Positions 1-9,737 of a stretch of DNA of 64,000 nucleotides are shown here, piece by piece. The first letter of the stretch is position 1, and every line of letters begins with the position of its first letter. Source of the stretch: Candidatus Saccharimonadales bacterium (GTDB lineage: Bacteria > Patescibacteriota > Saccharimonadia > Saccharimonadales > Saccharimonadaceae); NCBI GenBank assembly GCA_036405235.1, contig DASWYA010000001.1:197486-261485 (forward strand), written 5' to 3'. The notes beneath the pieces were generated by a model. It was given only the letters and a program-made list of their open reading frames with translations, had not been told where the DNA came from and searched no databases. A program made the position numbers and the translations under genes.

Positions 1-1730
<1,730 letters not shown>

Positions 1731-1733
1731 CCA

Positions 1734-2156
1734 GTGAATCTCCAGCTTGTTACCCTTACTGGTGTAAAAGTTGACTCAGATGTCTACGAGGTTCAGCTGC
1801 CAACCGCGGCTGGACCGATAGGTGTATTCCCTGGTCACGAGCCACTTGTTTCTATGGCCGTACCGGGTGCAATTGCTGTACGCTATAAAAAAGGCGATCC
1901 AGAGAGCCAGATAGATTACTTTGCTATCGGTGGTGGTGTGATAGAGATTAATCAAGAGGCTGTAAAAGTACTAGTAGACGAGGCTGATCATGGAGATGAT
2001 ATCGTGGAAGCTGAATCAAAAGCAGCCCTCGATAAAGCACTTGCTATGCAAAAGAGTGCTAAAAATGCTGTAGAGCTTGAGAAAGCGACCGCCTTGGTAG
2101 ATCGTCACCAAGTACGCTTAAACGTAGCTGGCCTACGCCGTCGACATCGTCGCTAA
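1734..2156 (+). CDS. atpC: ATP synthase F1 epsilon subunit
   Basis: The 140-aa ORF has a GTG start 3 nt after the atpD stop. It shows the N-terminal beta-sandwich pattern (VTLTGVKV...GPIGVFPGHEPL) and a helical C-terminus. Confidence 0.85.
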   Translation: MNLQLVTLTGVKVDSDVYEVQLPTAAGPIGVFPGHEPLVSMAVPGAIAVRYKKGDPESQIDYFAIGGGVIEINQEAVKVLVDEADHGDDIVEAESKAALDKALAMQKSAKNAVELEKATALVDRHQVRLNVAGLRRRHRR

Positions 2157-2163
2157 ATAATGG

Positions 2164-3105
2164 CTACTCCGACAAGATAGCGCGGACTTCGTCCGTGCTT
2201 TTTGTATGCATGAGTTTGTCGCGAAGTTCAGCAGCGCCTTCAAAGCTATTGACGTAGATCTTGAAGAAGCGTTTGAGTGTGTCGAACGGTCGCTTCGTGA
2301 GGTCGGAGTATTGATCGTATAGATCGAGCTGAGTTTTGAGTAATCCAAGAAGTTCTTCTTTTGTATGGAGTTTTGGCTCGTGTTCGAAAGCGTATGGATT
2401 GTGAAAAATACCGCGGCCTATCATGATGCCGTTAACGCCCGGATGTTCGGCGGCGATTTTTAAGCCTTGCTCTCTGTCTTCGATATCACCGTTAATAGTA
2501 AGTAGTGTGTTCGGTGCGACTTTGTCGCGAAGGGCGACAATCTCTGGGATTAGTTCAAAGTGTGCAGGCACTTTACTCATCTCTTTTTTAGTGCGCAAAT
2601 GAATAGTAAGATTCTCGATATTTTGCTCAAGCAGTACACGCAGCCAGTCTTGCCATTCATCGACGCGCGAGTAGCCGAGGCGAGTTTTTACAGAGATCGG
2701 AAGGCCACTAGATCTAGCAGCTTCGATCATTTGACACGCTACATCTGGTGTGCGAATCATACCTGCTCCGCCTCCGGCTTTTACAGCACTGGCATCTGGA
2801 CATCCCATGTTGATATCAATTCCCTTGAAGCCGAGATCCTTACAGTGAGCGGCTAGTTTTGCTATATCGTCAGGTATGGCGCCCCAGAGTTGGGCTACGA
2901 GGCTCGTTTCATCCTTGGTTTTAACAAGTCGTCCGCCAATCGCTTTTTCTCCAGCGTGTACCCAGCCGGTAGCATTGGTAAATTCACTAAAGTATAGATC
3001 TGGCGCTCCGGCTTTTTCTACGACATGACGAAAGACGACGTCAGTCACTGCCTCCATTGGAGCGAGGATAAAAAATGGTTGCGGAAGGTCGCGCCAGAAA
3101 GACAT
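2164..3105 (-). CDS. dus: tRNA-dihydrouridine synthase (Dus family, FMN TIM barrel)
   Basis: The 313-aa product contains LAPMEAVTDVVFR and GIDINMGCP motifs typical of Dus enzymes. Confidence 0.85.
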   Translation of the reverse strand: MSFWRDLPQPFFILAPMEAVTDVVFRHVVEKAGAPDLYFSEFTNATGWVHAGEKAIGGRLVKTKDETSLVAQLWGAIPDDIAKLAAHCKDLGFKGIDINMGCPDASAVKAGGGAGMIRTPDVACQMIEAARSSGLPISVKTRLGYSRVDEWQDWLRVLLEQNIENLTIHLRTKKEMSKVPAHFELIPEIVALRDKVAPNTLLTINGDIEDREQGLKIAAEHPGVNGIMIGRGIFHNPYAFEHEPKLHTKEELLGLLKTQLDLYDQYSDLTKRPFDTLKRFFKIYVNSFEGAAELRDKLMHTKSTDEVRAILSE

Positions 3106-3113
3106 ATTGGAGG

Positions 3114-3278
3114 TTATTCTACGCCTGGAATAATATCAGTGCCATCACGATTTTCGCCAAACTCTTCGTGAAGTGATTCGAGCACACTCACGGTCTTCCC
3201 GAGATTACGATGTTGCCGTGCGTCTGCAGAAAGGTCTACTCCACGCATTTCTTCGTCTTGTGTATGATATGCTTCCAT
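3114..3278 (-). CDS. Hypothetical 54-aa acidic protein, translationally coupled to dus
   Basis: This ORF is below the track cutoff. The ATG is at 3276-3278 and AGGAG at 3286-3290 lies 7 nt upstream. The TAA at 3114-3116 ends 8 nt before the dus ATG, which itself lacks an SD. The product is MEAYHTQDEEMRGVDLSADARQHRNLGKTVSVLESLHEEFGENRDGTDIIPGVE. Confidence 0.4.
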   Translation of the reverse strand: MEAYHTQDEEMRGVDLSADARQHRNLGKTVSVLESLHEEFGENRDGTDIIPGVE

Positions 3279-3329
3279 GGCATAACTCCTTTTGTGTATG
3301 TAGATTGTATTGAACCCTCAGTATATCAC

Positions 3330-3390
3330 GTATGATATGAAAGGAAAATCTCACAGAGCCCACGAAAATATTTCATGAAATCTGTGAGAT
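3330..3390 (-). terminator. Terminator-like hairpin at the 3' end of the structured RNA
   Basis: On the minus strand, AUCUCACAGA (3381-3390) pairs with UCUGUGAGAU (3348-3357) across a 23-nt loop, followed by UUUUCCUUUCAUAUCAU. Confidence 0.45.
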
Positions 3391-3822
3391 GACAGAGATG
3401 CTGTCTGAGGCGAGACGGTGAGTCTCGAGCCTCGGATGTTAGCAATGGCTTGAGATGCGGTGATTGTGAGACCACGGGCAAGGTGTTGTGACGAAGGGGG
3501 CTACGCCTTACACCCTGCCCGCGGCCGTTTTGGGGCGACGCCCCCTTATCCCTCCCAGCTCAGAGGGCGCCGCCTGATTGGGGTGGCGGGACCTGGTCTG
3601 CGGAACCAGATCCCGCCTGTTTCAGAGCTTTGGCGGCCGTAAGCCGACCATCTTCCCCGGTTTAGCCATGACGATCTGCGTAAGTCGTCATCGCTCTGAA
3701 ACATCCTCCGTTTCCGGAGGAGCATCTAAAGTATCTCTGTCATGTGCGTTGACAGGAGTACTCTATGTTGAAGCAAGAAGACGGTGATTCATACTGCAAC
3801 ATAGAGCACTCAACCACCAAAC
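3340..3822 (-). ncRNA. Unclassified large GC-rich structured RNA (core about 3389-3744)
   Basis: No credible CDS lies here. There is a consensus-like promoter upstream, many nested helices, one H-type pseudoknot candidate and a terminator-like hairpin downstream. RNase P CR-I, tmRNA T-arm/CCA, SRP and B12-box motifs were not found (see findings). Confidence 0.55.
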
Positions 3823-3828
3823 ATACTT

Positions 3829-3857
3829 ATTATATCGTAAAATAGACTAATCATCAA
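3829..3857 (-). promoter_or_regulatory. Sigma70-type promoter driving the structured RNA
   Basis: On the minus strand, -35 TTGATG (3852-3857), a 17-nt spacer and -10 TATAAT (3829-3834). The -35 lies within the last codons of the helicase gene. Confidence 0.5.
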
Positions 3858-6800
3858 GAGATGAGATAATATCATCTTCGAAAGCAAGGATTCCCTTATG
3901 ATTTTCTGGATACTTAGAGGTATCCGGCAGGTCGAGCGTGATGATCTTTTGCCATACCGCCTCTATGAGACGAGAAAAACGTGTCAATTCGTCTTTATCC
4001 CAGTCGATCTCTAGAGATACGATAGTGCCGCTTTCGGTTGGCTCAACAAACTGTAGATAAGACCTGTCGACTGTGTACGGGCTATAGTCTGCAGAGTGTT
4101 CGACAAGCAGTTTGTAAAACATTAGCTGCTGACGATATTTGTGAAGCTTAATCTTCTCAAAATCAGCCTTGCCTTTCCAGCTCAAGGATGGCTTACCAGT
4201 TTTGTAATCAACTACGGTGATCGACTTTGCTTCTTGATCGATATCGACCACGTCTAAGGTGCCAGTGAGTCGTGCATCTCCTACTCGACTTTGCTGGTAT
4301 GAAAAATTAAGTTCAGGAAGTTGTGTAGTGGTAAAGTTTTCATATTCATGACTTAAGAATTGTTGGAGATAGTCAACTCCTCGCTTGTGATAAAGATTGA
4401 AATCCCCTTCGCTTAGCTGAAAATCTGCCAGGTTTGCTTCAAAATCTATCAGCAAATCTTCGACCGGTCGACGCTTACCTGTGCTTACAAGATGAGAGTG
4501 TGCCCGCTGAAGGGTGCGATGAACAGCTGAGCCATATGCGGCATTTGGACTCATCGCCTGAGGAAATCTGAGTAGACTACCGAGCAAAAACGCTTCGGGG
4601 CCGCCGCGTGTTATGTCGAGGAATGTACCTAGGTGTGTTGCGCTGAGCTTGTATTTTTCGAGAGTTGAAGCAAGCAGTGTTTTCATGTCGCCACGAGGGA
4701 GTTCTGTGAGCGGCTGATGCCACGATGTCTGTATTTGCTCAATGCGAGCATCAACCGAGGATGCTTTCTCGGGCAAAAGAGTTGAGGCTTTTTCGGATAG
4801 AAAGCTTGCCACAAGTGTAGGACTTCCATTGTCGCTGGTGAGGCTGTATGAGACATGAAGATTAGATCTTGCTCTAGTCATTGCTACGAAAAAGAGCCGG
4901 AGGCGCTCATCATAGGTGTTCCCTGACGGAGCAAGCGGGAGATTTTCTGGATAGTTGATTGACCGAGACCGGCTTCGTACTCTTTCACCCCAAGTGCTGT
5001 CGATTGAGCCGTAGATATAGACGTGTTCAAACTCAAGACCTTTTGATTTATGTGCAGTCATGAGATGTATGTGGCTACTCATCTCGGCGCTTGGGCTTCT
5101 GGTGGAAGTAATGACTGAGCTGAGTTCTTTATGGAGGCGAATAAATTCAAGAAAGTCTACAAGTTTTGGCTTATCGGACGAGGCGTGCTCTCGGAGCTTG
5201 GTCCGAATAGTTCGAAGTGCCTCGAGATACTCTAGATAAGCTTCTGGTGTATCGTTCTGCTTTTGATTACCGAAGAAATAGCTATATAGTGGCGATGAGA
5301 AGTCTGAGGTATCGACATGTGGGGCGCCAGTAAGCTTGTCAAGCATGGGCTCAAGTGGCGTGATAAGACTCAGACTGGCTAGGCCGATGAGCCAAGTATG
5401 AAAATCTGCAAAATCTGGATTGTCGCTCATTATCTCGAGCCAAGATATTCGCTCTTTGGATGCTTTCAAGCTCAACTTCCAGAGTTTGGACGGCTCAATT
5501 CCCCAGGCAGGATGTGCTAAAAGATTTGGCAAAAGCGAATTCGCCGAGAGGAAGTCTGAAGTAGCGAGTGCGTGAACAATCTGAGCTAGCAGCTCTAGTT
5601 GTATGATAATGTCGCTTTCAAGCACATTGTCTCGTCGTTCGTAATTGACTGATAGATTATGGCGTGTTAGGTATGGCAGTAGATCGAGCAACTCTTGGTG
5701 TTTACGAGCAAGTACGGCTATTGATGAAGCTGCTACACCGGCATCTATTGATTCTCTTATGCTGCGAGCCAAGGAATCGCGTTCATCACTGGCCGTGTGA
5801 AATGATGTAAAGTTAACCTTACTTCCCTGATTTTCGTAGTGTGCTTTGAGTGTCTTGTCTAGTTCCGGTAGGTAATTCTCGAGTCTATCTTCTCCCTGCG
5901 TGATGACATCTCGTGCCGCATGGAGAATCTTGTCGGTTGAGCGATAGTTGTCAGTTAGAGTGATTACTCTGGTCGTTTCATAAAGATCTTTAAACTGCAG
6001 GATGTTGCTAATCTCGGCGCCTTGGAAACTATAGATCGCCTGATCATCATCGCCGACAACCATAATATTTGGCGCACCCTCACTTGCAGGACTATTTGCG
6101 AGACTGCGCAGCAAGCGCGACTGTGCAAGGTTTGTATCTTGGAATTCGTCAACCATGATGTAGAGATACTTTTCTTGTAAATTGTATCTGAGATCATCAA
6201 ATACCTCGAGCGCATGAACGACTCTCAGTACCATGTCGTCAAAATCGTAAAGTTCTTTTTCCTGCATGCGCATAAGGTACTGATAATAGATAAAGCTGAC
6301 TGCTCGGAGTTTCTTCGTGCGTTTTCGGTCTTTAAAAACGAATGCATCTTGATCATTTTTCTCAAGCCATTTATTCCTCCAGGCGGTAATTGGCTTAGTG
6401 GAGTCTGCTAGACGTGCGCTATCGACAGCATGGGAGATGCTGAGCGCTAGAGTATCGACAAGCGAGTTGATTTGCGGCGGGAGAGTGCCAAGCTTAAGGC
6501 TTGCAATACTGTGCGCAATAGGTACGAGCTCGTCGGCCGTTGTCTTTGAGATTCGGCGGGAAAAAACAGTTGCAAGCTCTGACTCGCAAGTATCAAGAAC
6601 ACGTTCATTATCATCAAGTACCTGGAGTAATTCATCGCTAGTTAAGCCGCTTTTTTTCAATTCTGATATAACTCGAATCGTATCGCTCAGATGTGTAAAT
6701 TCGCCGTTCATAGTGCTAGCGAGTGGATTTACGTGGTCAAGTTCTTCAAAGATGCCGCGTAGGATTTCGTAGACATTAAGATCGCTTGCTGGATGAAAAT

Positions 6801-7128
6801 CTGCACCCTGGTAAAAATAGTCACTGTTTTGGTTGATGATCTCACTCCCAAAACTATGAAATGTGTGGATTGCGACTTTGTAGGCGTCTTGGCCGATGAT
6901 GTCACTTAGTCGTCTCCGCATGGCATCAGCGCCACTCTCAGTAAATGTCAGGCAGAGAATATTTTGCGGTAGAGTGTCGGTTTTTTTCAGTATGTTAGCG
7001 GCGCGCATGCCGAGTAGCTCTGTCTTTCCGGTTCCTGGTCCGGCTACAACCATGAGTGGGCCATCAATGTGGTCGACTGCTTCCCTCTGCTGTGTATTGA
7101 GCGCTTTATAGCGCTTTTCAAACTCCAT
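3847..7128 (-). CDS. UvrD/PcrA-type superfamily 1 helicase fused to a C-terminal PD-(D/E)XK nuclease
   Basis: The 1093-aa product has Walker A AGPGTGKT, motif II VDEFQDTN and later SF1 motifs (VGDDDQAIYSFQGA, TAHKSKGLEFEHV). The C-terminal VVDYKTGKP nuclease motif resembles AddA/AddB-type nucleases. Confidence 0.85.
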   Translation of the reverse strand: MEFEKRYKALNTQQREAVDHIDGPLMVVAGPGTGKTELLGMRAANILKKTDTLPQNILCLTFTESGADAMRRRLSDIIGQDAYKVAIHTFHSFGSEIINQNSDYFYQGADFHPASDLNVYEILRGIFEELDHVNPLASTMNGEFTHLSDTIRVISELKKSGLTSDELLQVLDDNERVLDTCESELATVFSRRISKTTADELVPIAHSIASLKLGTLPPQINSLVDTLALSISHAVDSARLADSTKPITAWRNKWLEKNDQDAFVFKDRKRTKKLRAVSFIYYQYLMRMQEKELYDFDDMVLRVVHALEVFDDLRYNLQEKYLYIMVDEFQDTNLAQSRLLRSLANSPASEGAPNIMVVGDDDQAIYSFQGAEISNILQFKDLYETTRVITLTDNYRSTDKILHAARDVITQGEDRLENYLPELDKTLKAHYENQGSKVNFTSFHTASDERDSLARSIRESIDAGVAASSIAVLARKHQELLDLLPYLTRHNLSVNYERRDNVLESDIIIQLELLAQIVHALATSDFLSANSLLPNLLAHPAWGIEPSKLWKLSLKASKERISWLEIMSDNPDFADFHTWLIGLASLSLITPLEPMLDKLTGAPHVDTSDFSSPLYSYFFGNQKQNDTPEAYLEYLEALRTIRTKLREHASSDKPKLVDFLEFIRLHKELSSVITSTRSPSAEMSSHIHLMTAHKSKGLEFEHVYIYGSIDSTWGERVRSRSRSINYPENLPLAPSGNTYDERLRLFFVAMTRARSNLHVSYSLTSDNGSPTLVASFLSEKASTLLPEKASSVDARIEQIQTSWHQPLTELPRGDMKTLLASTLEKYKLSATHLGTFLDITRGGPEAFLLGSLLRFPQAMSPNAAYGSAVHRTLQRAHSHLVSTGKRRPVEDLLIDFEANLADFQLSEGDFNLYHKRGVDYLQQFLSHEYENFTTTQLPELNFSYQQSRVGDARLTGTLDVVDIDQEAKSITVVDYKTGKPSLSWKGKADFEKIKLHKYRQQLMFYKLLVEHSADYSPYTVDRSYLQFVEPTESGTIVSLEIDWDKDELTRFSRLIEAVWQKIITLDLPDTSKYPENHKGILAFEDDIISSLDD

Positions 7129-7140
7129 AGCTTAATTGTA

Positions 7141-8553
7141 TCAGAGCTTGAGTTCCTTGAATGCCTTGAGCATGATAGTGAGAAATAGTCGATAGTCTTG
7201 TTCTTGGGAGCCACTTACCTTTTTATACAAATATACTGTGTTGTCGGCGACTTCGATCGAAGCATTTGAGTCAGTATCGTAGAGATATGCCATAAATCCA
7301 GGATTGAGCAGCTCAAACGTAGCGAGTCTATCGGCATTGGTAGCGTAGACATCGTAACGTTTGTTGAAGTCGGGCCATTCAAATTCATACTTCTGGTAAT
7401 TGCCAGGCCGGCCGCTGCTCATTCTTTGCCAGAGGTTTTTGTCTCGCTCGATAATGATACCACCGTAACTTTTAGGTAGCTGTAGCTGAACAACGAGATA
7501 GTTTTCAGGCGCATCGTCGCTTGGGTTTGCTACGAAGGTGTAGAATTGCACCAGATGACCGCTATAGGTACCGATAACGTGATTATTTACATCGCTGGTG
7601 CCGAACTTGCCTTTTTTAAAGAGGACACCGCTCTTTGGTAAAAACAGCCAACCCATATCAAGGCTGTAGTACATATGATTATTTCGAGCAAAAGTTGCCA
7701 GCGCATTGTTGCTCGAGCGGATGTCTGCAGTAGATTGATCGATCCGGCCAAGCAGCCAGTTATCGCCAGAGCGGTTGAATGTCCAGTATTCTGTAAAAGA
7801 TCTGGAATCCTTGAACAGTTCGGTGTTCGAGGCGATATCAATTAAGCGATCGTCAGCTTTTGCTTCAAACGCAACGGTGAACGAATCTTGAGAGTTGTCT
7901 GTGTGGTCTTGAGCGTCAATGATGAGAGCATTTTGAATTGTTACATTGTCCATTTGGTTGCGTCTGCCAAGTTCGGCAAGAGCGCTAAGCATGAGCGCGG
8001 CATGCGTAGCGTATGAGGGTATCATGTATGAGTGCATACTTTGACCATTACCCGTCGACCAGTCAGCTTGATACTGCATAAAGGCGCTTTTTGCCTGTGC
8101 CAGTAGTTTCTCTTCATTCCAGGCACTATCGTTCTGTCCAGCTACGGCGATAGCTTGCTTGGTCTTGGCGGCTTGCTTCTTCAGTTGTTCCCATAGACTA
8201 AAGAACGCTGCGATCCAACCGGTCCATATTCCGGCAATGATAACAATCATTGCTAGTTCGCCAATAATCCCGATAAACCAGCCAACAACGAGCAAGACAA
8301 TACTAGCCAGAGAGGCAATGCTGGCGCTGACGATGAGTTCAGGGTTTCTCGGTAGTAACTTCTTTATCAATTTCCCTAGATAGTAGCTCGGGAAGTAGCC
8401 AATGAAAAAGAGCAGTAAGACAATTCCACCGCCTCCGCCGCCACCACCGGATCCTCCTCCGCCGCCTCCGCCACCGCCAGAGCCGCCTCCACCTCCGCGA
8501 GCGAATTGTTCTAGTAGCATGAAGAAATCAGACATAAGCATTGAAAGTATCAT
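7141..8553 (-). CDS. Membrane protein with an N-terminal poly-Gly tract, TM helices, a Tim44-like domain and a C-terminal DUF3137-like region
   Basis: The 470-aa product has GGGGGSGGGGGGGGGSGGGGGGGG near the N-terminus and 2-3 hydrophobic helices. The AKSAFMQYQADWSTGN...FTEYWTFNRSGDNWLLGRIDQ pattern is typical of Tim44-like domains. Confidence 0.6.
   Translation of the reverse strand: MILSMLMSDFFMLLEQFARGGGGGSGGGGGGGGGSGGGGGGGGIVLLLFFIGYFPSYYLGKLIKKLLPRNPELIVSASIASLASIVLLVVGWFIGIIGELAMIVIIAGIWTGWIAAFFSLWEQLKKQAAKTKQAIAVAGQNDSAWNEEKLLAQAKSAFMQYQADWSTGNGQSMHSYMIPSYATHAALMLSALAELGRRNQMDNVTIQNALIIDAQDHTDNSQDSFTVAFEAKADDRLIDIASNTELFKDSRSFTEYWTFNRSGDNWLLGRIDQSTADIRSSNNALATFARNNHMYYSLDMGWLFLPKSGVLFKKGKFGTSDVNNHVIGTYSGHLVQFYTFVANPSDDAPENYLVVQLQLPKSYGGIIIERDKNLWQRMSSGRPGNYQKYEFEWPDFNKRYDVYATNADRLATFELLNPGFMAYLYDTDSNASIEVADNTVYLYKKVSGSQEQDYRLFLTIMLKAFKELKL
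8425..8497 (-). repeat. Low-complexity (GGN)n tract encoding about 24 consecutive Gly/Ser residues
   Basis: The plus strand reads ccaccgcctccgccgccaccaccggatcctcctccgccgcctccgccaccgccagagccgcctccacctcc. Confidence 0.9.
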
Positions 8554-8611
8554 ACAGCTATTCCAGACCCATTACAACGGTGGCGATGATGACACGTAGT
8601 ATACTAGAGCT

Positions 8612-9100
8612 ATGAACGACGAAGTCTATGATGACATGGCGCTTGAGCAGAACGCTAAAGCCTTGTTCGGAAAGCAACTTGAGGTTGAGCATGTTGTAGC
8701 TCGGCGCGTGCCAGTGAGTCATACGGCTCACGGAACGGTATTTCTCACGGCTAAAAAAGAATTGATGGTATATCTCGATGGTCAAACGAGGTTTCTTCTT
8801 GATGACGTACGTAAGATTTTGACACGAATGGGGTTGGTTGCGGAATTCTACTTCCCACCCAAGGGCAAACCGCATTACTTTGATGAGGTTGCTCTCGCAA
8901 AATATAGCGTTGTATATCCAGGAAGACGAAATCCATCTGATCAGGATCTTGAGTACTATAGAGGGCTAGCACCCTATCAGCCAGCACTTGTGCAGATCCT
9001 AGAAGTGCGCGACTCAAACATCTATCAGTTTGATACAGATAGCAAAAGCGGGTGGCGTCCAGTCGTGAAATTTGCGTATCGTCGTATCAAGACGAGCTAA
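8612..9100 (+). CDS. Hypothetical protein (162 aa)
   Basis: This is a long ORF with no competing frame. TATACT at 8600-8605 lies 6 nt upstream of the ATG. No family was recognised. Confidence 0.5.
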   Translation: MNDEVYDDMALEQNAKALFGKQLEVEHVVARRVPVSHTAHGTVFLTAKKELMVYLDGQTRFLLDDVRKILTRMGLVAEFYFPPKGKPHYFDEVALAKYSVVYPGRRNPSDQDLEYYRGLAPYQPALVQILEVRDSNIYQFDTDSKSGWRPVVKFAYRRIKTS

Positions 9101-9708
9101 TTTGAACCAAATACGCAAGGCTGGATAGCGCCTGCATTCGACTCAATTGTGACGGCGCCCCTATTTGACCTATATATTATCCAGCGATCACTCACATGGC
9201 TATAGTAAGCTAACGCATAGGCTGTAGATCCTATTCCTTGACCGGCAAGCTCAACAGGAAAACTAACCTTGCAGCCAGAAGAACCGATATTGAAATTATA
9301 TATTGATCCGTTAGTCGTATCCTTACTCATGAAGTATATAGCGTTTTTTTCGGTAATAAGTGCAAGCCCGACTGATGCAACCGCCGGTATAAACCTTCTT
9401 TGTTCGTTAACGAGAGAGTCTTTAGCGATACCAAGTTTTTGCGCTAAACTATCATACTGAGCATCGCTGAGAGTTGAGCCATTTACACCACTACCGACCA
9501 TATCTCGAGATGATAAGTATTCGCCGTTTTTGTCAAAATACTTTTCTTCAAAACTCATGACCTGTTGAGATAAAGTCTTTGTGACATTCTCACGGGCCTG
9601 TCTTTGATAGCCCAGATATGCAAGTGTCGTGATTAACGCCAAGATCACTAGGATAAGGATGACAATAAGAATTTCTACTAATGTAAAACCGCTTATGTTT
9701 TTTCGCAT
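9097..9708 (-). CDS. Type IV pilin-like / pseudopilin protein
   Basis: The N-terminus MRKNISGFTLVEILIVILILVILA is a class III prepilin signal (G|FTLxE) followed by a hydrophobic helix. Confidence 0.75.
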   Translation of the reverse strand: MRKNISGFTLVEILIVILILVILALITTLAYLGYQRQARENVTKTLSQQVMSFEEKYFDKNGEYLSSRDMVGSGVNGSTLSDAQYDSLAQKLGIAKDSLVNEQRRFIPAVASVGLALITEKNAIYFMSKDTTNGSIYNFNIGSSGCKVSFPVELAGQGIGSTAYALAYYSHVSDRWIIYRSNRGAVTIESNAGAIQPCVFGSN

Positions 9709-9737
9709 AAACTTACTTTACTACACTCAGTGCATAA

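Noticed and set aside
3389-3744. I considered whether the structured RNA is RNase P RNA (rnpB) or tmRNA (ssrA).
   Set aside because: The size and terminal helix fit, and short stretches (GGGCAGGGUG, GGUCGGCUUAC) resemble RNase P segments. However, they occur in the wrong order, the near-universal GAGGAAAGUCC is absent on both strands, and there is no T-arm/CCA end or plausible tag ORF for tmRNA. I therefore left it unclassified rather than naming it.
3460-3787. Track ORFs 3460-3642 and 3578-3787 (+) were considered as protein-coding genes.
   Set aside because: They lie inside the GC-rich structured region, have Arg/Gly/Pro/Cys-rich composition unlike any neighbouring protein, and lack an RBS. 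The promoter and terminator signals are on the opposite strand.
8402-8599. The poly-Pro ORF (PPPPPPPPDPPPPPPPPPEPPPPP) on the plus strand was considered as a gene.
   Set aside because: It is the antisense reading of the (GGN)n tract of the 470-aa minus-strand gene, which has a far longer and more coherent ORF.
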